DNA of 63,366 nucleotides, filler included. It is 3 parts of 3 records of this genome, joined end to end, with 100 filler letters (N's around TTAATTAATTAA, not from the genome) between each part and the next. Parts side by side here need not be neighbours in the genome. Positions count along the whole stretch, not along the records: positions 1 to 25,073 come from SRR20825006_1952; 2 more parts are not named here. One strand, given 5' to 3'. Below, in pieces: positions 1 to 9,947 of this stretch. The notes under the pieces are model-generated. The model worked only from the letters and a program-made list of their open reading frames with translations, was not told where the DNA came from and ran no database searches. Both the position numbers and the translations under genes were made by a program. The number at the start of each line of letters is the position of its first letter. Within the stretch, counting starts at the first letter, position 1.

Positions 1-750
1 CAGGTGATCTCGGAAGATCTGGGCATGAAGCTGGAGTCCGTCACCATGGACATGCTGGGTTCGGCCAAGAAAGTTTCGATCACCAAAGACGAAACCACCG
101 TTGTTGACGGCGCAGGCGAGAAGGCCGAGATCGAGGCACGCGTTGCCCAGATCCGTAACCAGATCGAAGAAACCACATCCGACTACGACCGTGAAAAGCT
201 GCAAGAACGCGTTGCCAAACTGGCAGGCGGTGTTGCCGTGATCCGCGTGGGCGGCATGTCGGAAATCGAAGTCAAAGAACGCAAAGACCGCGTTGACGAT
301 GCTCTGAACGCGACACGTGCCGCTGTTCAGGAAGGTATCGTTGTGGGTGGTGGTGTTGCTCTGGTCCAGGCCGGCAAAGTGCTGGAAGGGTTCAAAGGCG
401 ACAACAACGACCAGGACGTTGGTATCAGCATCGTGCGCAAGGCTGTGGAAGCACCGCTGCGTCAAATCGCTGAGAACGCGGGCGTTGACGGCGCAGTTGT
501 TGCGGGCAAGATCCGTGAAAGCAGCGACCTGACATTCGGTTTCAACGCGCAGACCGAAGAATATGGCGACATGTTCAAGTTCGGCGTGATCGACCCCGCC
601 AAAGTGGTGCGCACCGCACTGCAGGACGCGGCATCGGTTGCAGCTCTGCTGATCACCACCGAAGCCATGGTTGCCGACAAGCCGTCGAAAGACAATGGCG
701 GCGGCATGCCCGATATGGGTGGCATGGGCGGCATGGGCGGCATGATGTAA
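1..750 (+). CDS. groEL: Chaperonin GroEL, 5'-truncated by window edge
   Basis: [36 protein letters not shown] and the C-terminal GGM repeats. Confidence 0.99.
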   Translation, partial: QVISEDLGMKLESVTMDMLGSAKKVSITKDETTVVDGAGEKAEIEARVAQIRNQIEETTSDYDREKLQERVAKLAGGVAVIRVGGMSEIEVKERKDRVDDALNATRAAVQEGIVVGGGVALVQAGKVLEGFKGDNNDQDVGISIVRKAVEAPLRQIAENAGVDGAVVAGKIRESSDLTFGFNAQTEEYGDMFKFGVIDPAKVVRTALQDAASVAALLITTEAMVADKPSKDNGGGMPDMGGMGGMGGMM

Positions 751-785
751 TCTGCCGTTCCTCACCGAACGCTTTGTTCTATAAG

Positions 786-815
786 AAGGGGCTGCCTGCG
801 GGCGGCCCCTTTTTT
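786..815 (+). terminator. Intrinsic terminator after groEL
   Basis: AAGGGGCTGCC-tgcg-GGCGGCCCCTT hairpin followed by a T run. Confidence 0.9.
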
Positions 816-840
816 CATGTGCCATTCAGGAGGGCAGTCT

Positions 841-1323
841 ATGCTGATCGGACCGGATTTTTCCCGCGAGTTGCGGCGGGGCGAAGAGGATGAGGTGGAC
901 GCGCTTTTGCGCAGCGCCTTTGACGGTCCGGATGAGGCGGAGCTGGTGCATGCACTGCGCAAGGCGGGTGCGATGGCGGGCGAAAGCGTGGCCACCTGGG
1001 ATGGGCGCATTGCGGGCTATTATGCGTTGTCGCACATGATCGCGCCAAAGGGCTGGCTGTGCCTGGCCCCTGTTGCAGTTTCGCCCGACCGACAGGGCCA
1101 TGGGCTGGGGCGACAGATGATGGGGATGCTGGCTGAATGGGCACGGCTGAGCGAGACTCATGTTGTCGTGCTGGGGCAGGTGTCGTTTTACGAACGGGCC
1201 GGGTTCTCTCTGGCGCGCGCACAGGGGCTGATCTCGCCCTATCCGCTGGAACACACGATGATTGCGGGACCGGGGACGGATGTGCCTGCGATCACTTTGA
1301 AGTATCCGAAAGCCTTTGGATAA
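841..1323 (+). CDS. GNAT family N-acetyltransferase (YhbS-like)
   Basis: LAPVAVSPDRQGHGLG acetyl-CoA motif and VVLG..FYERAGF; ATG 841 follows GGAGGG. Confidence 0.88.
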   Translation: MLIGPDFSRELRRGEEDEVDALLRSAFDGPDEAELVHALRKAGAMAGESVATWDGRIAGYYALSHMIAPKGWLCLAPVAVSPDRQGHGLGRQMMGMLAEWARLSETHVVVLGQVSFYERAGFSLARAQGLISPYPLEHTMIAGPGTDVPAITLKYPKAFG

Positions 1324-1335
1324 ACGGGCACCAGA

Positions 1336-2184
1336 ATGAAACTTGCGCTTCTCACCGCCCTCACGATGACGGCGTTCGCTGCCAACTCGGTGCTGAACCG
1401 CGCCGCTGTCGGCAGTGGCAGCATTGATGCCGCCAGCTTTGCGCTGATCCGGGTGATCGCGGGCATCGTGATCCTGTGCATGGCGCTGAGCGTGCGAGGC
1501 ACACCGCTGCCGTTGTTCCGCCGTGCGCGGGTGCTGGGCGCGGTGTCGCTGGCGGCCTATATGGCCGGGTTTTCGCTGTCCTATGTGGTGCTGGATGCAG
1601 GGCTGGGCGCGCTGATCCTGTTCGGGGTGGTGCAGATCTCCATGTTTGGCTGGGGTGCCTTTCGCGGAACTGCCCCCACGGCACGACAGATGGCGGGGGC
1701 GGGCGTGGCCTTTGCCGGTTTGCTGTTGGTGCTGTGGCCCGGACCGGGCAGCCGCACCGACCCTGCGGGCGCGATGATGATGGTGGTAGCGGGGCTGGGC
1801 TGGGCCGCCTACACGATTTCGGGCAAGGCCGAAGCAGATCCGCTTCCAGCCACGGCGGCGAACTTCCTGCTGTGCCTGCCGGTGCTGGCGCTGTTCCTGA
1901 TCGGGCCTGACATGCACGCGGGTCCTGTGGGCATCGGGCTGGCGGTGCTGTCGGGAGCGGTGACCTCGGGGCTGGGCTATGCGCTGTGGTATGCGGTGCT
2001 GCCGCGTCTGGCGCAGGCGACGGCGGCGGTGGTGCAACTGAGCGTGCCGATCATCGCGATTGTCGCGGGGGCTGTTATCCTGGGGGAAGCGGTGAACGCG
2101 CTGATTGTCGCCGCCGCCGTCCTCGTGCTGGGGGGCATTGCGTGGGCGGTCACAGCACCAAAGGTTCCAGCGGATCATAGCTGA
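1336..2184 (+). CDS. DMT/EamA family transporter
   Basis: About 10 hydrophobic helices; AFAANS and GAVTSGLGYALWY motifs. Confidence 0.92.
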   Translation: MKLALLTALTMTAFAANSVLNRAAVGSGSIDAASFALIRVIAGIVILCMALSVRGTPLPLFRRARVLGAVSLAAYMAGFSLSYVVLDAGLGALILFGVVQISMFGWGAFRGTAPTARQMAGAGVAFAGLLLVLWPGPGSRTDPAGAMMMVVAGLGWAAYTISGKAEADPLPATAANFLLCLPVLALFLIGPDMHAGPVGIGLAVLSGAVTSGLGYALWYAVLPRLAQATAAVVQLSVPIIAIVAGAVILGEAVNALIVAAAVLVLGGIAWAVTAPKVPADHS

Positions 2185-2605
2185 TCGCGCCATCGTCAAA
2201 GGCCACCGCCCCAAGGCTTGACGGTTTGTGCGGTACATCGGCCAACTCTGCGCGGGTCAACCAGCGGCGCCGGGTCACCACCGCCTCGGGGTCTTTCCAG
2301 CTGTCGGGCGTATCGGCGCTGCCCTCAAGGGTGCAGCGGAAGAACACCTCGACCTGATGGAAGTCGCGGTTGCGGTCGTGGAATTCGTTGACCAGGCAAG
2401 GCGCGCCCACGGTCACGCGCAGGCCGGTTTCTTCGTGGACTTCGCGGGCAAGGTTTTCGGGCAGGCTGCTATGCGCCTCGACCCCGCCGCCGGGGGCGCA
2501 CATCAGCGGGCTGCGGTTGCCGGCAAAGGCATTCACCAGCAGCAACCGCCCCTCGTGGACAATGACCGCACGGGCGGCAATGCGGGGTGGGCGCGGGCTG
2601 GACAT
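2150..2605 (-). CDS. NUDIX hydrolase
   Basis: Nudix box PGGGVEAHSSLPENLAREVHEETGL; start placed at MSSPRPP. Confidence 0.92.
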   Translation of the reverse strand: MSSPRPPRIAARAVIVHEGRLLLVNAFAGNRSPLMCAPGGGVEAHSSLPENLAREVHEETGLRVTVGAPCLVNEFHDRNRDFHQVEVFFRCTLEGSADTPDSWKDPEAVVTRRRWLTRAELADVPHKPSSLGAVAFDDGAISYDPLEPLVL

Positions 2606-2675
2606 AAGCGGCTTTCCGTAAAGTGTTGCGCGTGGGCCATTCCATAAGGCGCGCAATGGCACTATCTCACACCCC

Positions 2676-3467
2676 ATGAGAGTTTGCATGTCGATCTTGC
2701 CCCTGCTGATGCTGTTGTCCGCGCCTGCGCGGGCGGATTGCGTGATCCTGCTTCACGGGCTGGCACGCACCGAGACATCCTTTGCCCTGATGGAAGCCGC
2801 ACTGAAGGCGGACGGGTTTCAGGTTGTCCGCCCCGGCTATCCGTCGACCGAGGCGCGGGTTGGACCGCTGTCCGAGGGCGTGATGCCCGCCGCGTTGGCG
2901 GAATGCGGCGACCAGACCGTCGATTTCGTGACCCATTCGATGGGCGGGATCTTGGTGCGCGAATGGTTAAGGGATCACGATCTGCCGAACCTGGGGCGTG
3001 TGGTCATGCTGGCACCGCCGAACCATGGCAGCGAAGTTGTGGACAAGCTGGGTGATCTGGCCGCTTTCGAATGGATGAACGGTCCCGCAGGCGCGCAGAT
3101 GGGCACCGGCCCCGACAGCCTGCCGCGCAGCCTGCCGCCGGTGGACTATCCGGTGGGGGTGATCGCGGGCAACCAGTCGCTGAACGCCTATTTCTCGTCG
3201 CTGCTACCAGGGCCGGATGATGGCAAGGTCAGCGTGGCCTCGACACGTGTGGAGGGCATGACCGCGCATATCGTTCTGCCGGTCACCCATACCTTTATCA
3301 TGAACAACCCGCGCGTGATTTCACAGACCGTGCATTTCCTGCGCACCGGCACCTTCGAGGACAATATCTCGTGGCTGGACGCGGTGCTGGAACAGCTGGA
3401 TTGCCCCAGCGGCGATTGCGTAGCGCGTGGCGGGTTCTGGGGATCAAAGCGCAATGCTGACAATTGA
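2676..3467 (+). CDS. Secreted alpha/beta hydrolase (lipase/esterase-like)
   Basis: Signal peptide, ILLHGL, nucleophile elbow THSMGG, DDGKVSV, THTF. Confidence 0.88.
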   Translation: MRVCMSILPLLMLLSAPARADCVILLHGLARTETSFALMEAALKADGFQVVRPGYPSTEARVGPLSEGVMPAALAECGDQTVDFVTHSMGGILVREWLRDHDLPNLGRVVMLAPPNHGSEVVDKLGDLAAFEWMNGPAGAQMGTGPDSLPRSLPPVDYPVGVIAGNQSLNAYFSSLLPGPDDGKVSVASTRVEGMTAHIVLPVTHTFIMNNPRVISQTVHFLRTGTFEDNISWLDAVLEQLDCPSGDCVARGGFWGSKRNADN

Positions 3468-4593
3468 TGTGACAGGGGCCGAGGTGCTGGGCCCGCAGGG
3501 CTTTCACCGCGACGGGCTGAGCTTGGGCGATGGGTTGATTGCCGATGCACCTGTCGGGCGGTCGGTGGATCTGAGCGGTTATCGCGTGCTGCCTGGCATC
3601 GTGGATGTGCACGGCGACGGGTTCGAGCGGCATCTGGCTCCGCGTCGCGGTGCGATGAAACAGATGGCCGAGGGGCTGATCGCCGCCGAGGCGGAACTGG
3701 CCGCCAATGGCATCACCACCGGCGTTCTGGCGCAGTTCGTCAGCTGGGAGGGCGGCCTGCGCGGCATGGAGTTTGCCGATCAGGTGTTCACCGCCATCCG
3801 CGACACGGCCGCCGGGCTGGTCACCGACCTGCGCCCGCAACTGCGGTTCGAGACGCATTTGCTGGACGACTACGCGGGCCTGCCTGCGCGGATTGCGGAA
3901 TGGGGCGTGTCCTATGTGGTGTTCAACGACCACCTGCCGCACGCGCGTCTGGCCGAGGGGCGCAAGCCGCCGCGGCTGGTGGGGCAGGCGCTGAAGGCGC
4001 AGCGGAACCCGGAGGTGCATTTTCAGATGCTGCTGGACCTGCACGCGCGTCGCGCCGAAGTGCCTGCGGCTTTGGATGCGCTGTGCGCCGAACTGCGCCG
4101 GATGGGCGTCCAGATGGGCAGCCACGACGATCAGACCGCCGAAGATCGCGCCGCGTGGCGGGCGCGGGGCGTGAAAGTGTCGGAATTTCCCGAAACGCTG
4201 GACGCCGCCGAGGCGGCATCAGACGCGGGCGATGTGGTTATTCTGGGCGCGCCCAATCTGGTGCGGGGCGGTTCGCACAAGGGCAATGTCTCGGCGCTGG
4301 ATGTGGTCTCGATGGGGATGGCCGATGCGGTGGCCTCGGATTACCACTATCCCAGCCCGCGCCGCGCGGCGCTGATGCTGGTGCGCTCGGGCGTTATGGG
4401 CTTTGCCGATGCCTGGGCGCTGGTGTCTGCCGGCCCTGCGCGGGCGCTGGGGCTGGATGATCGCGGCGTGTTGCAGGCGGGCAAGCGCGCGGACTTGGTG
4501 GTGCTGGACGGCGCTGACCGTGTGGCGATGACGGTCAGCGGCGGGCGGGTCAGCTATCTGTCGGGCGACATCGCGGCGCGGTTGGTGGCGTGA
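3454..4593 (+). CDS. phnM: PhnM-like alpha-D-ribose 1-methylphosphonate 5-triphosphate diphosphatase (amidohydrolase)
   Basis: PGIVDVHGD, FNDH, SHDD, SEFP, GAPNLVRGGSH, SDY and GKRADLV motifs. Confidence 0.85.
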   Translation: MLTIDVTGAEVLGPQGFHRDGLSLGDGLIADAPVGRSVDLSGYRVLPGIVDVHGDGFERHLAPRRGAMKQMAEGLIAAEAELAANGITTGVLAQFVSWEGGLRGMEFADQVFTAIRDTAAGLVTDLRPQLRFETHLLDDYAGLPARIAEWGVSYVVFNDHLPHARLAEGRKPPRLVGQALKAQRNPEVHFQMLLDLHARRAEVPAALDALCAELRRMGVQMGSHDDQTAEDRAAWRARGVKVSEFPETLDAAEAASDAGDVVILGAPNLVRGGSHKGNVSALDVVSMGMADAVASDYHYPSPRRAALMLVRSGVMGFADAWALVSAGPARALGLDDRGVLQAGKRADLVVLDGADRVAMTVSGGRVSYLSGDIAARLVA

Positions 4594-4659
4594 CCCCGAC
4601 GGGGGGCGCTGGATGAAAGCGGCCCTCCGGGGGGGATATTTTAAGCCAAAAGAAAGCGG

Positions 4660-5727
4660 TCAGCGCGTGATGCGGTTGACGTGGCCCATTTTGCGGCCCG
4701 GTTTGGTGTCGGCCTTGCCATAGAGGTGCAGGGCGGTGTCGGGAGCAGCCGCCAGTTCGGGCACGCGGTCCATGTCGTGGCCGATCAGGTTTTCCATCAC
4801 CACGTCGCTGTGGCGCTGGCCGTCGCCCAAGGGCCAGCCGGCAACCGCGCGGATGTGCTGTTCGAACTGGTCCACGGCACAGCCGTTCTGGGTCCAGTGG
4901 CCCGAGTTGTGCACGCGCGGGGCGATTTCGTTGACGATCAGGCCGGTGGGGGTGACGAACAGCTCGACCCCCATGACGCCCACGTAATCCAGTGCGTTCA
5001 GGATGCGCGCCGCCAGCAGCACAGCATCCGTACGCGCGCTCGCGGGTAGCGAGGCGGGGACAGTGGTGGTGTGCAGGATGCCGTCGCGGTGGACGTTTTC
5101 GCCGGGGTCGTAGCAGGCGACCTCGCCCGTGGCGCTGCGGGCGGCAATGACGGACACTTCAATGGTGAAGTCGACGAAACCTTCCAGCAGAGCGGGGGCG
5201 CCTGCCATGTCGGCGATGGCCTGGGCCGCGTCGGCGTCGGTTTTCAGGCGAGCCTGTCCCTTGCCGTCATAGCCGAAACGGCGGGTTTTCAGGATCGATG
5301 GCGTGCCGATGGTGCCAAGGGCCGCGTCCAGTGCCGCGGCATCGGGAATGTCGGCGTAGGGCGCTGTGTTCAGGCCCAGACCTTTCAGGAAATCCTTTTC
5401 GGTAAGGCGGTCCTGACTGATCCGCAGCGCCTCGCGGTTGGGGTGGATCGGTTTGATCGCCTCGAGGATGTCGAGCGCCTCGGTCGGGATGTTCTCGAAT
5501 TCATAGGTGATGACATCGACGGACTGTGCAAAGGCGGTCAGTGCTGCGGTGTCGTCATAGGCGGCCGTGGTGCAGGCATGAGCCACATCGGCGGCGGGTG
5601 GATTGGCGCCCGGCTCGTAAATGTGGGTTTTAAAGCCCAGACGGGCGGCTGCGACCGACAACATCCGGCCCAGCTGGCCGCCGCCGAGAATGCCGATGGT
5701 GGCACCTGTGGGGAGGGGATCAGTCAT
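4660..5727 (-). CDS. purK: N5-carboxyaminoimidazole ribonucleotide synthase
   Basis: [38 protein letters not shown]. Confidence 0.98.
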   Translation of the reverse strand: MTDPLPTGATIGILGGGQLGRMLSVAAARLGFKTHIYEPGANPPAADVAHACTTAAYDDTAALTAFAQSVDVITYEFENIPTEALDILEAIKPIHPNREALRISQDRLTEKDFLKGLGLNTAPYADIPDAAALDAALGTIGTPSILKTRRFGYDGKGQARLKTDADAAQAIADMAGAPALLEGFVDFTIEVSVIAARSATGEVACYDPGENVHRDGILHTTTVPASLPASARTDAVLLAARILNALDYVGVMGVELFVTPTGLIVNEIAPRVHNSGHWTQNGCAVDQFEQHIRAVAGWPLGDGQRHSDVVMENLIGHDMDRVPELAAAPDTALHLYGKADTKPGRKMGHVNRITR

Positions 5728-6214
5728 CGGAAGGTTCTTCCGGGATCGATGCGGACAGGTCGGCACGCCATTGGTCCAGACGCTGTGCGAGGTCGGAGTC
5801 AGTCAGGGCAAGGATACCCGCCGCCATCAGGCCCGCGTTGGCAGCCCCTGCGGCACCGATGGCCATGGTGGCCACGGGAAAGCCGCGGGGCATTTGCAGG
5901 ATGGAATACAGCGAATCGACACCGGACAATGCCTTGGTCAGCACAGGCACGCCGATCACAGGCACGCGGGTCTTTGACGCCATCATGCCGGGCAGATGCG
6001 CGGCACCGCCTGCGCCCGCGATGATCACCTGCAATCCGCGATCCACCGCAGTCTTGCCATAGTCCCACAGCCGGTCGGGCGTGCGGTGGGCCGACACGAT
6101 ACGGGTTTCAAAGGTAACGCCCAGATCCTCCAGCATTTGTGCCGCTTCGCACATGGTGGGCCAGTCGGACTGGCTGCCCATGATAATGCCGACTTTGGGG
6201 GATTGGTCTGTCAT
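5720..6214 (-). CDS. purE: N5-CAIR mutase
   Basis: [28 protein letters not shown]. Confidence 0.99.
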   Translation of the reverse strand: MTDQSPKVGIIMGSQSDWPTMCEAAQMLEDLGVTFETRIVSAHRTPDRLWDYGKTAVDRGLQVIIAGAGGAAHLPGMMASKTRVPVIGVPVLTKALSGVDSLYSILQMPRGFPVATMAIGAAGAANAGLMAAGILALTDSDLAQRLDQWRADLSASIPEEPSDD

Positions 6215-6279
6215 CCTGCGCCTTCGTGTATTGCTGTTTTGTCCGGGAGTTATACGGACCTGATCCTGCGGAGCAAGGC

Positions 6280-6504
6280 TCAGGCGATGATGTCGGGGGT
6301 CAGCCGGTCCTCGATTGTCGCAATCAGGTCTTTCAGGCGTAATTTGCGCTTTTTCAACCGTTGCAAGGTCAGCGGGTCGGAGGTGGCGCGCTGTGTCATC
6401 GCGGAAATCGCCTCGTCCAGATCACGATGCTCGCGCCGGAATACTTCCAGTTCGACACGCAGGACGTCGTCGTTCTTCATCGAAAGATCTGAGGGCGCAT
6501 TCAT
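6280..6504 (-). CDS. YdcH/DUF465 family small coiled-coil protein
   Basis: EHRDLD...[11 protein letters not shown]...PDIIA; usual neighbour of purE in alphaproteobacteria. Confidence 0.88.
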   Translation of the reverse strand: MNAPSDLSMKNDDVLRVELEVFRREHRDLDEAISAMTQRATSDPLTLQRLKKRKLRLKDLIATIEDRLTPDIIA

Positions 6505-6650
6505 GGGTCGTGATTCCCGCACAGTGAGGAGTTGTATACATAGGCGATGACACCCGCTGCGCATAGGGTCTTGGCGTTGCAAATGCCGTGATTGAGGGAC
6601 TGAAATTGTCGCTTTTTTAACAAAGCGCGGGCGCTTGGACGGCCAGACCT

Positions 6651-6679
6651 CTTGTCTGGGGGCGGAATTCTTCCCATAT
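6651..6679 (+). promoter_or_regulatory. RpoH (sigma32)-type promoter of hsp20
   Basis: CTTG-N18-CCCATAT directly upstream of a small heat-shock gene. Confidence 0.75.
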
Positions 6680-6682
6680 TCT

Positions 6683-6749
6683 GATCAAGCGGTTGCCAAT
6701 CGGGGCCGCATCTGACTGTCGCTTGATCTGATAAGGACGTGTCGCAATG
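6683..6749 (+). promoter_or_regulatory. ROSE-like RNA thermometer in the hsp20 5'UTR
   Basis: TGTC(G)CTT at 6717-6724 pairs with the SD region AAGGACG at 6733-6739, leaving the bulged G typical of ROSE. Confidence 0.7.
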
Positions 6750-7160
6750 ACGAAAATGACGCTAGGCTCGCATCCGCATATGCTGGGGTTCGAGCAACTG
6801 GAGCGCCTGCTGGAACGCACGGCGAAATCCGGCAACGAAGGCTACCCGCCTTTCAATATCGAACAAACTTCCGATTTTTCCTATCGCATCACATTGGCCG
6901 TGGCCGGTTTTGCCGAGGAAGATCTGCAAATCACGGTCGAGGACCGCACGCTGGTGATCCGCGGGCGGCAATCCGATGACGGCGAGGGCAGGGTGTTTTT
7001 GCACCGTGGCATCGCCGCGCGACAATTCCAACGGACCTTTGTGCTGGCTGACAGCGTTGAGGTTGGAGAGGCGATCATTGAAAACGGTCTGCTGCATGTC
7101 GATCTGACGCGGGCAAAACCCGAAACAGTCGTCCAGACCATCCGCATTCGGAAAGGGTAA
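6747..7160 (+). CDS. ibpA: Small heat shock protein Hsp20 (IbpA-like)
   Basis: YPPFNIE, LAVAGF, FLHRGIAARQFQRTF, NGLLHVDL. Confidence 0.93.
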   Translation: MTKMTLGSHPHMLGFEQLERLLERTAKSGNEGYPPFNIEQTSDFSYRITLAVAGFAEEDLQITVEDRTLVIRGRQSDDGEGRVFLHRGIAARQFQRTFVLADSVEVGEAIIENGLLHVDLTRAKPETVVQTIRIRKG

Positions 7161-7164
7161 CCAC

Positions 7165-7386
7165 ATGGAAACGCCATTTGACACAGAACCCAAGAGCAAC
7201 ATCGTGTACGTCAAAACAATTGATGTAAGCGACCTGCCGGAAGACGTGCAGGAACAGGCCGAAGGTCTGGAACATCTTTACGCCGTGCATGACGCACAGG
7301 GCACCCAGCTTGCCCTGGTCGCGGATCGCAAGATGGCCTTTGTGCTGGCACGGCAGAATGATCTGGCACCTCAGGCGGTGCACTAA
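7165..7386 (+). CDS. DUF1150 family protein
   Basis: IVYVK...LYAVHDAQGTQLAL..DR..AF..ARQ...VH; usual partner of alphaproteobacterial hsp20. Confidence 0.88.
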   Translation: METPFDTEPKSNIVYVKTIDVSDLPEDVQEQAEGLEHLYAVHDAQGTQLALVADRKMAFVLARQNDLAPQAVH

Positions 7387-8233
7387 AGCGACTGTGCTGC
7401 TGGTCCTTTGGGCCGGCAGCCCGTGGGCCGATGTGCCCATTCATGCCGCCAGCGTACAAGAGCGCGCATTGCTGCGGCAGACCGAAGCGCAGGTGCGCCG
7501 CTATTTCCGGACCACGTTTGGTGTTGAAGTGACCACACCATTCGCGCTTGTGGGCGCGGGTGATGCGGAGGCTCTGCTGTCGCAAGTGCAGGCCGCGCAG
7601 TCGGCAGGCGGTTGGCGGGTCCGGCGCAAGCCGCTGAATGCCGCACGGGTCTGTCCATCAGGACGTATCGGTGGTGCTGCGAACCGTACGTTCATCGCCC
7701 TGTGCTGGCCCATGCCGGTCACCGGGGGTGCCGGGTATCATGCGTTGCGATTGTCGGCGGGTGCGGTTCTAGCACATGAGTACATTCATCAACTGCAGTA
7801 TGATCTGGCGCAGGATCGCCCGGCACAGCGGTTGGGTGACGATTGGTTGCTGGGACCGGCCTGGCTGGTCGAGGGCACGGCAGAGGTGTTTGAAGAACAC
7901 TATCGCACAGGCGGTGCTGCGGTGGACGGGGCGGCATTGTTCAATATGCAATCCTCGGCACGGCGGTCGCGGCTGACACTGGATCAGATGCGGGTCACGG
8001 GCGCGCTCGCGGACGGGCAAGCTTATGGCGTGGCGCGGTTCGCGGCGTTCCTGTTGTCGGGACGGTACGGGCCGGATGCATTGCTGGACTATTTTGCGGC
8101 ATTGGGGCGGACGAAAGATCAGGACGCGGCCTTTCTTGCCGCCTTCGGGACGACTATGGTTGCCTTTGAAAGTGATTTTGAGGCGGTGCGCCGTGATTTT
8201 GGCGCGGCCAAGGCCTATGTGGGGATGGAATGA
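7289..8233 (+). CDS. Hypothetical protein with zincin HExxH motif; start uncertain, probably near 7357-7400
   Basis: LAHEYIHQLQ followed by PAWLVEGTAE, a gluzincin-like pattern. Confidence 0.6.
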   Translation: MTHRAPSLPWSRIARWPLCWHGRMIWHLRRCTKATVLLVLWAGSPWADVPIHAASVQERALLRQTEAQVRRYFRTTFGVEVTTPFALVGAGDAEALLSQVQAAQSAGGWRVRRKPLNAARVCPSGRIGGAANRTFIALCWPMPVTGGAGYHALRLSAGAVLAHEYIHQLQYDLAQDRPAQRLGDDWLLGPAWLVEGTAEVFEEHYRTGGAAVDGAALFNMQSSARRSRLTLDQMRVTGALADGQAYGVARFAAFLLSGRYGPDALLDYFAALGRTKDQDAAFLAAFGTTMVAFESDFEAVRRDFGAAKAYVGME

Positions 8234-9105
8234 CATTTGATTTTGATTGGGTGGATGCGTTCACGGACCGCGCCTTTGGGGGCAACGGCTGTGCGGTGGT
8301 GCATCAGGGCGCCGGGCTGAGTGCCGATACCTGCATGGCCTATGTGCGCGAGACGTCGCTGGTCGAGTGTACCTTTACCGGACCGTCAGAGGTGGCTGAT
8401 GTGCGGGTGCGCTATTTCCTGGCCAGCCGCGAAATTCCCTTTGCGGGCCATCCCACGATTGCCACCGTCGCCGCGATGCGGGCGCGGGGTTTGATCGGGG
8501 ACGGGCCTCTGGTGCTGGAAACGGGTGCGGGGCTGGTGCCGGTGACAGTGCAGGGCACGCGCGTGAGCATGACACAGGTGGCACCGCAGTTCGGCGCGCT
8601 GGTCGATCCCGCGCTGGTGGCGGCTGTGGGTGGTATTCGCGCCGATGACATCGTCAGCCCGCCGCAACTGGTCAGTACGGGCCTGCCCTTTGTCATCACG
8701 GTCCTGAAAGACCGCGCTACGCTGGAAGGATTGCAACTGAACCCGCAGGCGCTGGCCGATATGGCGGCGGCGCTGGGTGGGGATATCGATCTGATGGAGC
8801 CGTTCTGGTGCACGCTCGACGCCTTTACCGATGCCGGCGATACAGCCGCACGGTTGCTGCTGGCCCCGCCAAGCCCGCCCGAAGACCCGTTCACCGGTTC
8901 GGCGACGGGCGCGATGGCGGCCTATCTGTTGGCGCAGGGGTTGATCGAGAGGCCCGATTTCACCGCCGAGCAGGGGCACGGGATGGGACGCCCCGGACAG
9001 GCACAGGTGCGGGTTCTGGGACCGCGCGACGCGATCACGGGTGTCGAAGTCGCGGGCGACGGCTTTGTCCTGATGTCGGGTACAGTGGACCTGCCGCATG
9101 GATGA
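8230..9105 (+). CDS. PhzF family isomerase
   Basis: VDAFT..FGGN, EIPFAGHPT, EDPFTGSA, EQG..MGRP. Confidence 0.95.
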   Translation: MTFDFDWVDAFTDRAFGGNGCAVVHQGAGLSADTCMAYVRETSLVECTFTGPSEVADVRVRYFLASREIPFAGHPTIATVAAMRARGLIGDGPLVLETGAGLVPVTVQGTRVSMTQVAPQFGALVDPALVAAVGGIRADDIVSPPQLVSTGLPFVITVLKDRATLEGLQLNPQALADMAAALGGDIDLMEPFWCTLDAFTDAGDTAARLLLAPPSPPEDPFTGSATGAMAAYLLAQGLIERPDFTAEQGHGMGRPGQAQVRVLGPRDAITGVEVAGDGFVLMSGTVDLPHG

Positions 9106-9943
9106 ACCAGCGATTGCGGTTCTGCCCTATGGCAATGGCATCGGCAGGCGTGTGGCCGCTCTGCCGTTGAACATGCTGCACTGGCCGGTGGGACGCCCGG
9201 CACGGATGAGCAGCGGAACACTGGCCGATCTGGGGCCGAAGGATCACCTTTTGGTCTATCCCAAGACCTCGATGCATATGCGACCCTTTGGCGTGGCGGC
9301 GCAGGTCAGTGTCATGGTGGTCGAGCCACGGGCGATCCATGCCCGCCACCTGCGTCTGTTGCGCTGGACCCATCGGCGGTATCACCGGATTTTCACCCAT
9401 GATGACCGTCTTTTGCGATCCGCGCCGAACGCGCGTTTCCTTGCCGCGGCGCGCACCTGGGTGCCGGAATGGGATACGCTGGACCTGTCCAAGACCGAAG
9501 ACGTGTCGCTGATTGCATCCAACCGGCGCGACCTGGAGGGGCACAAGCTGCGTCATGCCGTCGCCGAAGCCACGCAGGGCGTCACGCTGATGGGGCGTGG
9601 CTATGCCCCGTTCGAGCACAAACACGAAGGGTTGGCGCAGTTCCGGTTTTCGGTGGTGATTGAGAACATGCGCGCGCAGGGGTATTTCAGCGAAAAGCTG
9701 GTCGATGCGTTGCTGTGTGAAACCGTGCCGATCTATTGGGGGGCACCGGACGTCGGGAAGTATTTCGACACCGACGGATTGATCATCTGTTCCAGCAAGG
9801 ACGAAATCCTGACCGCCATCGCACGCGCGGACGCGGACCTGTATGACGCCATGCGCCCCGCAGTCTTGCGCGCCAAGGTGCAGGCGGCGCGCTGGGCCGA
9901 TTATGAACTGGCGGCTGCGCAGATGCTGCGGGATGAGCACTAG
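9098..9943 (+). CDS. Glycosyltransferase family 10 (alpha-1,3/4-fucosyltransferase-like)
   Basis: FRFSVVIEN....YFSEKLVDALLCETVPIYWG is the GT10 alpha-1,3-FucT motif. Confidence 0.82.
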   Translation: MDEPAIAVLPYGNGIGRRVAALPLNMLHWPVGRPARMSSGTLADLGPKDHLLVYPKTSMHMRPFGVAAQVSVMVVEPRAIHARHLRLLRWTHRRYHRIFTHDDRLLRSAPNARFLAAARTWVPEWDTLDLSKTEDVSLIASNRRDLEGHKLRHAVAEATQGVTLMGRGYAPFEHKHEGLAQFRFSVVIENMRAQGYFSEKLVDALLCETVPIYWGAPDVGKYFDTDGLIICSSKDEILTAIARADADLYDAMRPAVLRAKVQAARWADYELAAAQMLRDEH

Positions 9944-9947
9944 GCCG

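Noticed and set aside
700-750. GGCATGGGC tandem repeats
   Set aside because: They encode the normal GroEL GGM tail
2150-2184. Convergent 3' overlap of the DMT and NUDIX genes
   Set aside because: Short tail-to-tail overlaps are common in GC-rich genomes; no evidence of antisense control
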